From Kiritimatiellia bacterium (GTDB taxonomy: Bacteria; Verrucomicrobiota; Kiritimatiellia; RFP12; DVOR01), in the NCBI GenBank assembly GCA_036651955.1, contig JAVVWU010000001.1, forward strand, positions 24,932-88,931: DNA of 64,000 nucleotides, written 5' to 3'. The notes below the pieces were generated by a model that worked only from the letters and a program-made list of their open reading frames with translations, was not told the origin of the DNA and ran no database searches. This document shows, piece after piece, positions 19,393-28,912 of the stretch. Each line of letters starts with the position of its first letter. The stretch's first letter is position 1. Position numbers and translations under genes: made by a program.

Positions 19393-19569
19393 ATGCTTCT
19401 CGCCATGAAAGTATTTTTAGTTTTAGCACTCTTCGTGGTTGTAGGATTGACCGGATGTGTCAATCAATCAATTGCAGCTCGCCGTTCGGATATTCCATGG
19501 AATCAGCCGAATCGCTCCGAGGCGACGGGAGCGTTGCCTGCGTCCATTACAAATCAATATGAGGACTAA
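19393..19569 (+). CDS. small putative lipoprotein (58 aa)
   Basis: MLLAMKVFLVLALFVVVGLTGC: a signal peptide with an L-T-G-C lipobox. An AGGAAAAG RBS lies 9 nt upstream. Stop at 19567-19569, 1 nt before the ribD ATG. Confidence 0.45.
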   Translation: MLLAMKVFLVLALFVVVGLTGCVNQSIAARRSDIPWNQPNRSEATGALPASITNQYED

Positions 19570-19570
19570 T

Positions 19571-20596
19571 ATGCCTTCGCTTTCGCCTGAAGATGCGTGT
19601 TGGTTGAGTTTGGCGTTGACGGAGGCTCAAGTTTACGTTGGACAAACGTCGCCAAATCCGGCAGTGGGCGCGGTGGTGGTTCGTGATTCTGCAGTTTTGG
19701 GGAAAGGTGCGCATCTCGGTGCAGGCGGTCCGCACGCGGAAGTACAAGCGGTGTCAGCGTGTACGGAGGATCTGGCAGGGGCAACGTTGTATGTAACGTT
19801 AGAGCCGTGTTCAACGACGGGGCGAACGCCGCCATGTTGCGATCTCATTTGTGCAAAGAAGTTTGCGCGTGTCGTGATTGGATGTTTGGATCCGAATCCC
19901 AAACACGCAGGGCGTGCCATTGAAATTTTACAATCGGCGCGGATTGAGGTCGTGGTGGCAGAGGGAGAGATTGCACAAAGATGTCAGGAAATGATTGCGC
20001 CGTTTGCAAAAAGAATGATTATGGGGCTTCCCTATCTTCGGTTGAAACTGGCGATGACGTTGGATGGGGCGATTGCCGATCGTTCGGGTAAGTCGCAATG
20101 GATTTCCGGCGAGGAAGCTCGGGCGTGGGTGCAGTCGTTGCGTGCGCGTGTGGATGCGGTGATGGTTGGTGCCGGAACAGTACGTGCCGATCATCCTTCT
20201 TTGCAATCTCGCCTTCCGGAAGTGCCACTTAAACAGCGAATCTTGGTCGATCGTTCGCATCCTTTGCCCGAAGCGGATTGTCTGCAACCCAAAACGTGGG
20301 TGGCAACAAAAGATTTGGGATATGACGGCGTTCATTTGGAATCGCTTTTACGCGAGATCTGTTCGCGCGGTATCAATGATGTGTTGTGTGAGGGCGGCGG
20401 ACAACTCGCAGGGGCATTGTTGGATGCAGGGCTTGTAGATGAGCTCTGGTGTCTCTATGCGCCTAAAATTTTAGGCGACCGTTCGGCTCACAGTGGATTT
20501 GAAGGGCTTCATCGTACGCTTCCGAATGCGGTGGGATTGACCTTGGTCAGCGTGCGTCAATTGGGTTCCGATGTATTGCTCCAATATCATCGATAA
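19571..20596 (+). CDS. ribD: bifunctional riboflavin biosynthesis protein RibD (deaminase/reductase)
   Basis: CMP/dCMP-type deaminase motifs HAEVQA and LEPCSTTGRTPPC, followed by a RibD C-terminal reductase domain. Confidence 0.9.
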   Translation: MPSLSPEDACWLSLALTEAQVYVGQTSPNPAVGAVVVRDSAVLGKGAHLGAGGPHAEVQAVSACTEDLAGATLYVTLEPCSTTGRTPPCCDLICAKKFARVVIGCLDPNPKHAGRAIEILQSARIEVVVAEGEIAQRCQEMIAPFAKRMIMGLPYLRLKLAMTLDGAIADRSGKSQWISGEEARAWVQSLRARVDAVMVGAGTVRADHPSLQSRLPEVPLKQRILVDRSHPLPEADCLQPKTWVATKDLGYDGVHLESLLREICSRGINDVLCEGGGQLAGALLDAGLVDELWCLYAPKILGDRSAHSGFEGLHRTLPNAVGLTLVSVRQLGSDVLLQYHR

Positions 20597-20644
20597 ATAT
20601 ACAGTTCTCTTTCAACGCCTTTCTTTTGTTAAACTACGTGGTCT

Positions 20645-22012
20645 ATGGATCAAATGACCTACCTCGTAATGTTTTTATTTCTCATCGCACTGATTGCGGT
20701 GGTGCCAATGTTTTTCCACAAAATTCACGTACCGGCGGTGGTGGCGTTGATGGTGGTCGGGATTGTGATTGGGCCGAACTGTTTGGACGTCTTAGGGCAG
20801 ATTGCAGGGAGTATGCACTCGGGGGTACAAGCGGCAACGTTGTATCGGATTGTGGATGCGCTAGGATTTCTCGGGCTTGTGTTTCTGATGGCGTTGGCAG
20901 GAGTGGAGACGAATTTGCGGCTCTTGTCGAATGAACGTAAAGCCGTTTCGGTGCTTTCGGTGATGACGTTTCTTTTGCCGGCGGCGGCGGGATTTGGCGT
21001 TTATTGGCTATTTGATTCAGGGAATTGGATCGCCGCGGTGGTGTATGCATCACTCTTTGCATCGCACGATGTCGGGATTGTTTTTCCCGTATTGCGTGAA
21101 ATGGGACTGATGCGTTCGCGGTTTGGCGTGACGGTTCTATCAGCAACGATTATCACAGACATTCTTTCGTTGGTAACGTTTGCGGTGTGCATTCAGCTTC
21201 ATGCCATGTCTTCTAATCTTCGCATCATTCAAAGTATTTCATTATTAGACCGCGTCAACCTTTCCGTGCTTGGCGCATGGTTTACGCCTTGTTTTCTCGG
21301 CGTGATGTTACTTTTTTTCACGGCGGTGATTCTGCTCATTCCATCACTTTGGCGATGGGTGGGCTGTCTTGTGCCGCACGCCGATGAATCCAAAACGACG
21401 TTCTTCGTCTTAGTGGTGCTGCTCGTGGTATTGCTCGGTGAACTGTTAGGGATTAACTTGATTGTCAGCGCGTTTATCACCGGCATTGCGATTGCGCGGA
21501 CACCGGGATTTCGGAATCCTTCCGATGGCGTTCATCAGAAGCTGGAAGCTATCGGGTTCGGGCTTGTGATTCCTTTTCTCTTTCTCGGATTCGGCTTTCA
21601 AGCCGATCTCAAAGTGTTCTTAGGGATGACGGAAAATGCAGATCTCTTGCGCGGCTGGCTCATTGCAGGGACGACGGTAGTCGGACTGATTGCGAGTAAA
21701 ATTGGAAGCGGTTATCTCGCTTTACGGTGTACCGGATTCGGTAATCGGCAAAGTTTCTGTGCCGGACTGATGACCGTACCGCAACTCTCTGCCACGATTG
21801 CCGCCGCGCTGATTGCGAAAAACCTCGGCATTTTGGATGCAGTCTTTTTCAACGCAATTGTCGTGCTTTCGCTCTGCACCGCGATTCCTTTTCCGCCACT
21901 GGTACGGTTCTTTATCAATCGAAGCCACGTTCCCTTTGTCCGTCGCCGTGCGCACGCTATGGCGGAGGACAATATGATTGCCGATCTTAAACATTTGGAT
22001 CTCACCGTATGA
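20645..22012 (+). CDS. CPA2-family cation/proton antiporter (Kef/NapA-type Na+/H+ exchanger)
   Basis: 455 aa with about 12 TM helices and a typical exchanger layout. Confidence 0.8.
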   Translation: MDQMTYLVMFLFLIALIAVVPMFFHKIHVPAVVALMVVGIVIGPNCLDVLGQIAGSMHSGVQAATLYRIVDALGFLGLVFLMALAGVETNLRLLSNERKAVSVLSVMTFLLPAAAGFGVYWLFDSGNWIAAVVYASLFASHDVGIVFPVLREMGLMRSRFGVTVLSATIITDILSLVTFAVCIQLHAMSSNLRIIQSISLLDRVNLSVLGAWFTPCFLGVMLLFFTAVILLIPSLWRWVGCLVPHADESKTTFFVLVVLLVVLLGELLGINLIVSAFITGIAIARTPGFRNPSDGVHQKLEAIGFGLVIPFLFLGFGFQADLKVFLGMTENADLLRGWLIAGTTVVGLIASKIGSGYLALRCTGFGNRQSFCAGLMTVPQLSATIAAALIAKNLGILDAVFFNAIVVLSLCTAIPFPPLVRFFINRSHVPFVRRRAHAMAEDNMIADLKHLDLTV

Positions 22013-22980
22013 TGCCGTCCAAAAGTCTTCCGTCCGAACTTCTCAAGGTCAGCGACCTTTCCGTGACGTTTCATACGCCGACCGGCGATGTAACCGCCGT
22101 TCCCGGCGTGAGTTTGGATGTGCGCGTCGGTGAACGTGTGGCACTCGTCGGCGAAAGTGGTTGCGGAAAATCGGTGACCGCACTTGCCCTGACCGCACTT
22201 CCGCCGACCGACCGCGCGATCCGCTCCGGATCGGTCACCTTTGACGGACGCGACTTGCTACACGATCCGCAAGCACTTCGGGAGGCACGTCGGCAGGGGA
22301 TTGCCTATGTCTTTCAAGACCCGATGGCAAGTCTCAACCCTGTACTGCGCATTCGCGATCAAATCGCCGAAAATCTCCTTCATCTCCCACGCCGTGCGCG
22401 TCCCGATCGGATTGTTGAACTGTTAGGCGATGTGGGGCTTCCCGATCCGGTGCGTGCCGCCTCCGCCTATCCGTGCGAATTGTCCGGCGGACAATGCCAG
22501 CGTGTGATGTTGGCGATGGCACTTGCGGCAGAACCAAAGTTACTCATTGCCGATGAGCCAACGACGGCACTTGACGTCACCACGCAACGGCTCATCCTCG
22601 GTTTAATGGATCGCCTCGCCGAAGAACGGCAGATGGCGTTGCTTTTAATTACGCATAATCTCGGAATTGTCGCGAACTATATGCACCGTCTCTATGTGAT
22701 GTACGCCGGACGTATTGTGGAGAGCGGTTCGGTGCAAGACGTGCTTTCGGATCCGCATCATCCTTATACACAAGGATTGCTTGCCGCCGTTCCAAGCCTT
22801 CGCCTCGACAAAACGCGTTTACAAGATATTCCCGGGACGGTGCCAACGCCCGGACGTTTCCCGCCCGGCTGCGCCTTTGCCCCTCGTTGCCCTCACGCTT
22901 CGCCTGCGTGTACGCTTGAAATTCCGTCCCTTCAAGTCACAGGCGAACGTGCGTGCCGCTGTTCATTTCTTTCACAATAG
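22009..22980 (+). CDS. orphan OppD/DppD-type ABC ATPase
   Basis: Walker A GESGCGKS, signature LSGGQCQRVMLA, Walker B LLIADEPT and a C-terminal oligopeptide-ABC domain with a Cys cluster. Its ATG overlaps the antiporter stop (ATGA). Confidence 0.85.
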   Translation: MMPSKSLPSELLKVSDLSVTFHTPTGDVTAVPGVSLDVRVGERVALVGESGCGKSVTALALTALPPTDRAIRSGSVTFDGRDLLHDPQALREARRQGIAYVFQDPMASLNPVLRIRDQIAENLLHLPRRARPDRIVELLGDVGLPDPVRAASAYPCELSGGQCQRVMLAMALAAEPKLLIADEPTTALDVTTQRLILGLMDRLAEERQMALLLITHNLGIVANYMHRLYVMYAGRIVESGSVQDVLSDPHHPYTQGLLAAVPSLRLDKTRLQDIPGTVPTPGRFPPGCAFAPRCPHASPACTLEIPSLQVTGERACRCSFLSQ

Positions 22981-23066
22981 TTGCTTCATTGATACATATT
23001 GCGGTCACCATAGGCAACAACCACAACCTATTGTGTTCCATTTATTAGTCTAAACGAATTGTGCCG

Positions 23067-23095
23067 TTGACAGATTGCCCTGACAGTGTTATAGT
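23067..23095 (+). promoter_or_regulatory. strong sigma70-like promoter upstream of pflB
   Basis: TTGACA (23067-23072), a 17-nt spacer and TATAGT (23090-23095), about 80 nt before the pflB ATG. Confidence 0.55.
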
Positions 23096-23173
23096 CTGCC
23101 CCACTTTTCCGATTCGTTAGAGCGGAGATACCGCAAAAGTCGGAAACTCATTTAGGAAGAAAAGGAGCAAGCC

Positions 23174-25411
23174 ATGTTCCAATATCCTGCATTCAAGACC
23201 GGCAAATGGGTCGAGACCATTGATGTCCGCGATTTTATCCAAACCAACTATACACCTTACGACGGCTCCGCATCGTTCCTTACCAAGCCGACGGAACGTA
23301 CGGCAAAAATCAACGCCAAGTATGAAGAACTCCACAAACAAGAGTTTGAAAAAGGCGGCGTGTTAGATGTTGATACAGATAATGCGGCAAGCTTGCTCAC
23401 ACACAAAGCCGGTTACCTCGACAAAGAACACGAACTGATTGTCGGGCTTCAAACCGATGCGCCTTTGAAACGTGCCATCAACCCGTTCGGCGGAATGCGT
23501 ATGGCAGAACAAGCCGCAGAATCGTACGGGTATCAAATGAGCGACACGCTCAAGCACGAATTTACCTATCGCACCACGCACAACGAAGGCGTATTCCGTG
23601 CATATACGGCAGAAATGCGCGCGCTGCGTTCGGCGCACGTACTCACCGGATTACCCGATGCTTATGGACGCGGACGTATCATTGGCGATTATCGTCGCGT
23701 GGCACTTTACGGGATTGATCGCCTCGTTGCGGAAAAGCAAAAAGACTTGGACGCCATTGGCACTGCACCCGATGCCATTATGACCGATGAGACCATTCGT
23801 CTGCGTGAAGATGTGTGGCGGCAGATTGACTTCCTCGAGCGCCTGCAAAAGATGGCGGAAATGTACGGTAAGGATATTTCCAAACCTGCCGTGACCGCAC
23901 AGGAAGCCGCACAAGCGATTTACTTCGCCTATCTCGCTGCCATTAAGGAACAGAATGGTGCTGCCATGAGCTTGGGACGCACCTCGACCTTCCTTGACAT
24001 TTACCTCAATCGCGATCTTCAGGCGGGCGTTCTCACAGAAGAAACCGCACAGGAATTGGTCGATGATTACGTGCTTCACTTGCGTATGAATCGTCAGCTT
24101 CGTACGCCCGAGTACAACGATATCTTCGCCGGAGATCCCACGTGGACCACCGAATCTTTGGGCGGTATGGGACAAGACGGGCGTACGCTCGTCACCAAAA
24201 CTTCATTCCGTATGTTGCATACGCTTGAGAACCTTGGTTCTGCTCCCGAGCCGAATATGACCGTCCTTTGGGCGCAGAAACTGCCACAAGGGTGGAAAGA
24301 TTACTGCGCACACGTTTCGATTGTGACCGACTCGGTGCAATACGAAAATGACGACCTTATGCGCGAACGCTTTGGCGATGATTACGCCATTGCCTGCTGC
24401 GTCTCGGCGATGACCCTTGGCAAAGATATGCAGTTCTTCGGCGCACGTGCCAACCTCCCCAAGGTGCTCCTCATGGCACTGAATGGCGGACGTGAAGAAA
24501 TCAAAGGCACGCAAGTCGCGCCGGTCTCCGATCTTCCGCCTGCTGGTCCATTGGACTACGAAGACGTCATGGCGCGCTATAAGACGTTGATTGCGTGGCT
24601 AGCGCATCAATACGTCAATACGATGAACGTCATTCACTATATGCACGACAAATACGCCTACGAGAAACTCCAAATGGCGCTTCATGACACGCATTTGGCA
24701 CATCGTTGGATGGCGTTTGGCGCTGCCGGTATTTCGGTTGCCGCTGACTCCTTGAGTGCCATTAAGTATGCCAAGGTTACGCCGGTGCGCAATGCTGATG
24801 GAATCATCACGCGCTTTACCATTGACGGCGACTTCCCCACCTTCGGTAATGACGACGATCGCGTCGATGCCATTGCCAAAGAGCTTGCCGAATACTTCTA
24901 CGCCGAATTGAAAAAGACGCCGTGCTACCGCGATGCCGAACATACGTTGTCGTTGCTGACGATTACGTCCAACGTCATGTACGGACGCAACACCGGTGAC
25001 ACACCCGATGGCAGAAAGTCGGGCGAACCTTTCGCGCCGGGAGCCAACCCCATGCACGGACGTGACGCCTCGGGGGCGACGTTCTCGCTCAACTCCGTAG
25101 CGAAGCTCAATTATGATGCTTGCCGTGACGGCATCTCCAACACCTTCACCATTAACCCTATGGCATTGGGGAAGGAAGAGACCGAGCAAGTACAGAAGTT
25201 GACCCGTCTAATGGATGGATACTTCGTGCAAGGTGCACACCACTTGAATGTCAACGTCTTCAATACTGATTTGTTGCGTGACGCTCAAGCACATCCCGAA
25301 AAGTATCCGAGCTTGACCATTCGCGTCTCAGGATACGCCGTGCGCTTTATCAACCTCAGCAAAAAGCATCAGGACGAAGTCATCGCCCGTACATGCCACA
25401 GCTGTCTGTAA
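23174..25411 (+). CDS. pflB: formate C-acetyltransferase (pyruvate formate-lyase)
   Basis: 745 aa with the C-terminal glycyl-radical motif [11 protein letters not shown] and the active-site region with paired Cys. No activating-enzyme gene is adjacent. Confidence 0.95.
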   Translation: MFQYPAFKTGKWVETIDVRDFIQTNYTPYDGSASFLTKPTERTAKINAKYEELHKQEFEKGGVLDVDTDNAASLLTHKAGYLDKEHELIVGLQTDAPLKRAINPFGGMRMAEQAAESYGYQMSDTLKHEFTYRTTHNEGVFRAYTAEMRALRSAHVLTGLPDAYGRGRIIGDYRRVALYGIDRLVAEKQKDLDAIGTAPDAIMTDETIRLREDVWRQIDFLERLQKMAEMYGKDISKPAVTAQEAAQAIYFAYLAAIKEQNGAAMSLGRTSTFLDIYLNRDLQAGVLTEETAQELVDDYVLHLRMNRQLRTPEYNDIFAGDPTWTTESLGGMGQDGRTLVTKTSFRMLHTLENLGSAPEPNMTVLWAQKLPQGWKDYCAHVSIVTDSVQYENDDLMRERFGDDYAIACCVSAMTLGKDMQFFGARANLPKVLLMALNGGREEIKGTQVAPVSDLPPAGPLDYEDVMARYKTLIAWLAHQYVNTMNVIHYMHDKYAYEKLQMALHDTHLAHRWMAFGAAGISVAADSLSAIKYAKVTPVRNADGIITRFTIDGDFPTFGNDDDRVDAIAKELAEYFYAELKKTPCYRDAEHTLSLLTITSNVMYGRNTGDTPDGRKSGEPFAPGANPMHGRDASGATFSLNSVAKLNYDACRDGISNTFTINPMALGKEETEQVQKLTRLMDGYFVQGAHHLNVNVFNTDLLRDAQAHPEKYPSLTIRVSGYAVRFINLSKKHQDEVIARTCHSCL

Positions 25412-25426
25412 GCCTCGATACATACA

Positions 25427-25464
25427 AACAAGAAGCCCCGCATATTGCGGGGCTTCTTGTTTGT
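25427..25464. terminator. bidirectional Rho-independent terminator
   Basis: aacaagaagccccgc atatt gcggggcttcttgtt: a perfect 15-bp stem between convergent pflB (+) and the permease gene (-). Confidence 0.75.
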
Positions 25465-25474
25465 ACACGACTGA

Positions 25475-28174
25475 TTAACGCTTAAGTAAGTGGCGTAAGA
25501 GCAGAACGATTGGGATCGGCGTAATCAACAGCGTTGCGGCAAAAAGCACCGCGACACCCTGTCCAATCTGCGCCCACGGCAAAACCAATGTCGTCGGAAG
25601 TCCGCCAAAAGGCATCCACGCCAACGTCCATCCGGTAAAACTCCACCCGACGGTAAGCCCAAAGAGCAACGACAAAACACTGGCAACAGCGCACAACATC
25701 AACACTTGCGCCAAAAGAAAACGTCCCATTTGTCCACGTGTCATTCCAATTGCATGCAAGGTGCGCAGCTCCGCTGCCATTGCCCGTACGTTCGCCGAAA
25801 GGAGTGAGACAAATCCGAAGCAGAGAATCAACAATGACCCCAAAGGAATCCGAGCCAGCGCACCGACGAGTTCCGCACTGTGCGTCAACGTGCCTTCACT
25901 GATTTCATCGCGCAAATGCACCACCACATTCGGAACGGCAGACACGCTCTTCCCGCCACGAGCAGAGGCGGAGAGCATCGACGTTTCCGGCGCAGCGTCC
26001 GCGAGACGTTGCAACTTCGTTTCAAGACGTTCCGCAGCGGAATAAAGAGCAAGCGGTGTCGTTGCCGGTAGCTCTTTGACCGATAGGAATCGAATGCGCT
26101 GATGACGTTCGGGATCCCACGCCTTCGCCACCTCTGCACCGATAAAGACAGGTCCTAACGTTGCAAACGGCGAACCGTTCCGTCCACGCATTTGCGCCCG
26201 CGCCGTGACAAGATGCCAATTACAACGCACAACCTTTGTTATCGTCAGCGGCAATGTAATCACCGCCCCACTCTTTTCTTTACGTTGAATACGGAAGCTA
26301 TCGCCCACCTTCATTTGACACTGTTGCGCAAACATTTCGGTGACCGAGACACCCGTTGCGCCGGGCGTTGCAATCAAGAGAATATTATTTTGCTTCGGTT
26401 GCGCTCCGGCGCGTTGCGACAAGGCGTTGAAGTCGTCCTCGTGCAAACGGTACTGCTCTGCGGAGAACGGCAGCAGCGCGGCGTCCGCACGTGCAAGCGT
26501 CTCTTCCGTGATACCGTCAGGTAAAAGCGACACAATCGCTACAGGAAAATCAAGTGATGGAATAAAAGGCGAAGTGAGCGAATTTCCCCATAAGTGAATG
26601 GCGATGAATCCGCCCAGTCCAACGGTGAGCGTCAGCACCATGCGTGCATTCCGATCCGCCGAACGGCACAACGTTCCACGCAACAACGTCGGGTTCAACC
26701 GCAACAGTGCGCCCACCGGACGCACAAGAACGCAATCGCAAAAAGCGAGCAACGGTTTCGCCAAAAGAATCAATCCGGTAATACACAACGGCAATCCAAC
26801 CAGCAAAAACCAAAGACTGCGGAGCAACGGATTGGCAGAAAATCGTACCAACGTCAACAGTATGGGGCAAAGGCAAAGAACTGCCACCATCGTTCTCACA
26901 CTCATTTGCTTCGATTGCCAGCCGGTCGGCGCAGGGCGCAACTCACACGGCGTTTGCCGTGCGATTCGGCGCAGCGGAACCATCAGCGCCGCGAATGTGG
27001 AGAGTGCAATTAAAAAAGCTGTCCCCACCGGTGTCACCCACATTAGATGAACACCGTCGGGAAATATCAACGGTTGGGAACGGACCCATAACGTTAGAAT
27101 GCCGCCGCCCACGAGGAAACCGATGATGCCGCCGACGCCTGCAATAAAAGCGCCTTCCATTGAAATCAACCGCCGCAATTGTGCCGCCGTCATTCCTATC
27201 GCCCGTAAGCGCGCATAACGCAAACGATTCTGTTCAATCCCGATACACAACGCATCAATCATCATACAGAGCGTGGCGACACAGGCGAGAATCACAAGCA
27301 ACGGCACTTGTCGCGAGAGGTTGCTAATGGCATCACTCCGCAATTGATGAAGCACATCCGTTCGCGTCACAAGCTTTGCGGCGTCATCATCAGGAGAAAT
27401 CGTCCGCACCGTTTCAATAAGCGCCGCTGCGGAACCGTGCGCTTTGAGTTGAATCAAGATGAGATTGGTGCGCCCCGCCGTCTCGGAAAGTGCGGCGGCG
27501 TCTGCAAGCGTGTTGGAGGCGAACATCGTCGGAAATCCGGAAACGGGACGCGTCTGTTCCGAAAGATAACCGCAGATAACGGCTTCCACGCGTCCTCTCG
27601 GTGTCACCACCGGAACACGCGTTCCTACAGGTGGACACACGGCAAGCCCTTCTACTCCAAATCCAAAGGGCGAAATGACGAACTCCGGTTCGACCGCCTC
27701 CGCTCGTGGCCAACGTCCCGCCGCAAGTCCTTCTGGATAAGGACAGCCTTGTGGGAAGTCGCGCACAGGCGCAATCCCTCCACCATAACCGGGACCTTGA
27801 ACGGGACGGCCTTCGGGTCGCCAATCCAGTCGGCAACGAAACACGGTGGTGCACGTCAGAGACGCCACATCGGGCGAAGTCTGAACGGCATTCACGACGG
27901 GCAAAGGAATCATCTTAAACGGTGAACCGTGGGCAAGCGTCTGCATCCCCGACCCTTTGGGTGCGGCGGCAGAGGCGCGTCCAGTTGACACCCAACAATC
28001 ATAAGGGCGCCCCATTGCTTCACTCAACGGTTGCCCTTGATACCACGTGGTTACGGCAAGTCCCAACGTCCACGCCAAAAGCGCTGACGCCGCCGCAATC
28101 CCCACGATTGCACACACGAGACGAATCCGATCGCGACGCAACGTATCGGAGAAAAGAAGCCTCAGCGCGTTCAT
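25475..28174 (-). CDS. large ABC permease with two FtsX-like domains (MacB/LolE/YbbP-like)
   Basis: 899 aa with two four-TM FtsX-like modules, each preceded by a large periplasmic domain. Overlaps the upstream ATPase gene. Confidence 0.8.
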   Translation of the reverse strand: MNALRLLFSDTLRRDRIRLVCAIVGIAAASALLAWTLGLAVTTWYQGQPLSEAMGRPYDCWVSTGRASAAAPKGSGMQTLAHGSPFKMIPLPVVNAVQTSPDVASLTCTTVFRCRLDWRPEGRPVQGPGYGGGIAPVRDFPQGCPYPEGLAAGRWPRAEAVEPEFVISPFGFGVEGLAVCPPVGTRVPVVTPRGRVEAVICGYLSEQTRPVSGFPTMFASNTLADAAALSETAGRTNLILIQLKAHGSAAALIETVRTISPDDDAAKLVTRTDVLHQLRSDAISNLSRQVPLLVILACVATLCMMIDALCIGIEQNRLRYARLRAIGMTAAQLRRLISMEGAFIAGVGGIIGFLVGGGILTLWVRSQPLIFPDGVHLMWVTPVGTAFLIALSTFAALMVPLRRIARQTPCELRPAPTGWQSKQMSVRTMVAVLCLCPILLTLVRFSANPLLRSLWFLLVGLPLCITGLILLAKPLLAFCDCVLVRPVGALLRLNPTLLRGTLCRSADRNARMVLTLTVGLGGFIAIHLWGNSLTSPFIPSLDFPVAIVSLLPDGITEETLARADAALLPFSAEQYRLHEDDFNALSQRAGAQPKQNNILLIATPGATGVSVTEMFAQQCQMKVGDSFRIQRKEKSGAVITLPLTITKVVRCNWHLVTARAQMRGRNGSPFATLGPVFIGAEVAKAWDPERHQRIRFLSVKELPATTPLALYSAAERLETKLQRLADAAPETSMLSASARGGKSVSAVPNVVVHLRDEISEGTLTHSAELVGALARIPLGSLLILCFGFVSLLSANVRAMAAELRTLHAIGMTRGQMGRFLLAQVLMLCAVASVLSLLFGLTVGWSFTGWTLAWMPFGGLPTTLVLPWAQIGQGVAVLFAATLLITPIPIVLLLRHLLKR

Positions 28175-28911
28175 ACCATCAAGTCCAAATAATGCGCCGA
28201 AACCGTTGCCGCATTATGTTCGGAAGCAAACGATCCGCGCAATGCGCCATCTTTTAATACATAAATTGTTTCCGCCGCCGCCGCAATTTGCGGATCATGG
28301 GAAATCAAAAGAATTGCCGTACCACGTTCCTGATTAAGGCGCGTCAATGTGACGCAGAAGTCGCGCGCGGCAGGAGAATCAAGATTACCGGTAGGCTCAT
28401 CGGCAAGAATCACACGCGGGCTCATTGCAAATGCACGGGCAATCGCCGTGCGTTGCGCTTCACCACCCGACAGACGATCCGCCGGTTGATTTCGGCGATG
28501 TGAAAGCCCGACGAGCGAAAGGAGTTGCTCCAAGAGTGCTTCAGGCAGTTCCTGCCCCTCCAAGAGCGCCGGCAACGCAATATTCTCCGCCACTGAAAGC
28601 GTCGGAATTAAGTTGCAGTCTTGAAACACAATCCCTACCTCTCGCCGTCGCAAGAGTGTCAACGCGTGATCGTTCAATCCAACCAACGAACGCCCCGCCA
28701 CACGAATATCGCCTTCGTCGGCAGGCAGCAGTCCTGCGAGCAAATTCATCAGCGTCGTTTTGCCCGAACCCGAAGGTCCCATAATGGCGTGGAACGCACC
28801 TTCTGGCAACGCAAAGTCAATGCCATGAAGCACTTGCAGACGTTGCCCGTCCACCTCAAAAGACTTCCGAAGCGCAATGGCTTCAAGTGCAGGAACTGTT
28901 GCTTTTGTCAT
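28171..28911 (-). CDS. MacB/LolD-type ABC ATPase
   Basis: Walker [11 protein letters not shown], signature [14 protein letters not shown] and Walker [12 protein letters not shown]. Start MTKATVP at 28911. Confidence 0.85.
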   Translation of the reverse strand: MTKATVPALEAIALRKSFEVDGQRLQVLHGIDFALPEGAFHAIMGPSGSGKTTLMNLLAGLLPADEGDIRVAGRSLVGLNDHALTLLRRREVGIVFQDCNLIPTLSVAENIALPALLEGQELPEALLEQLLSLVGLSHRRNQPADRLSGGEAQRTAIARAFAMSPRVILADEPTGNLDSPAARDFCVTLTRLNQERGTAILLISHDPQIAAAAETIYVLKDGALRGSFASEHNAATVSAHYLDLMV

Positions 28912-28912
28912 G

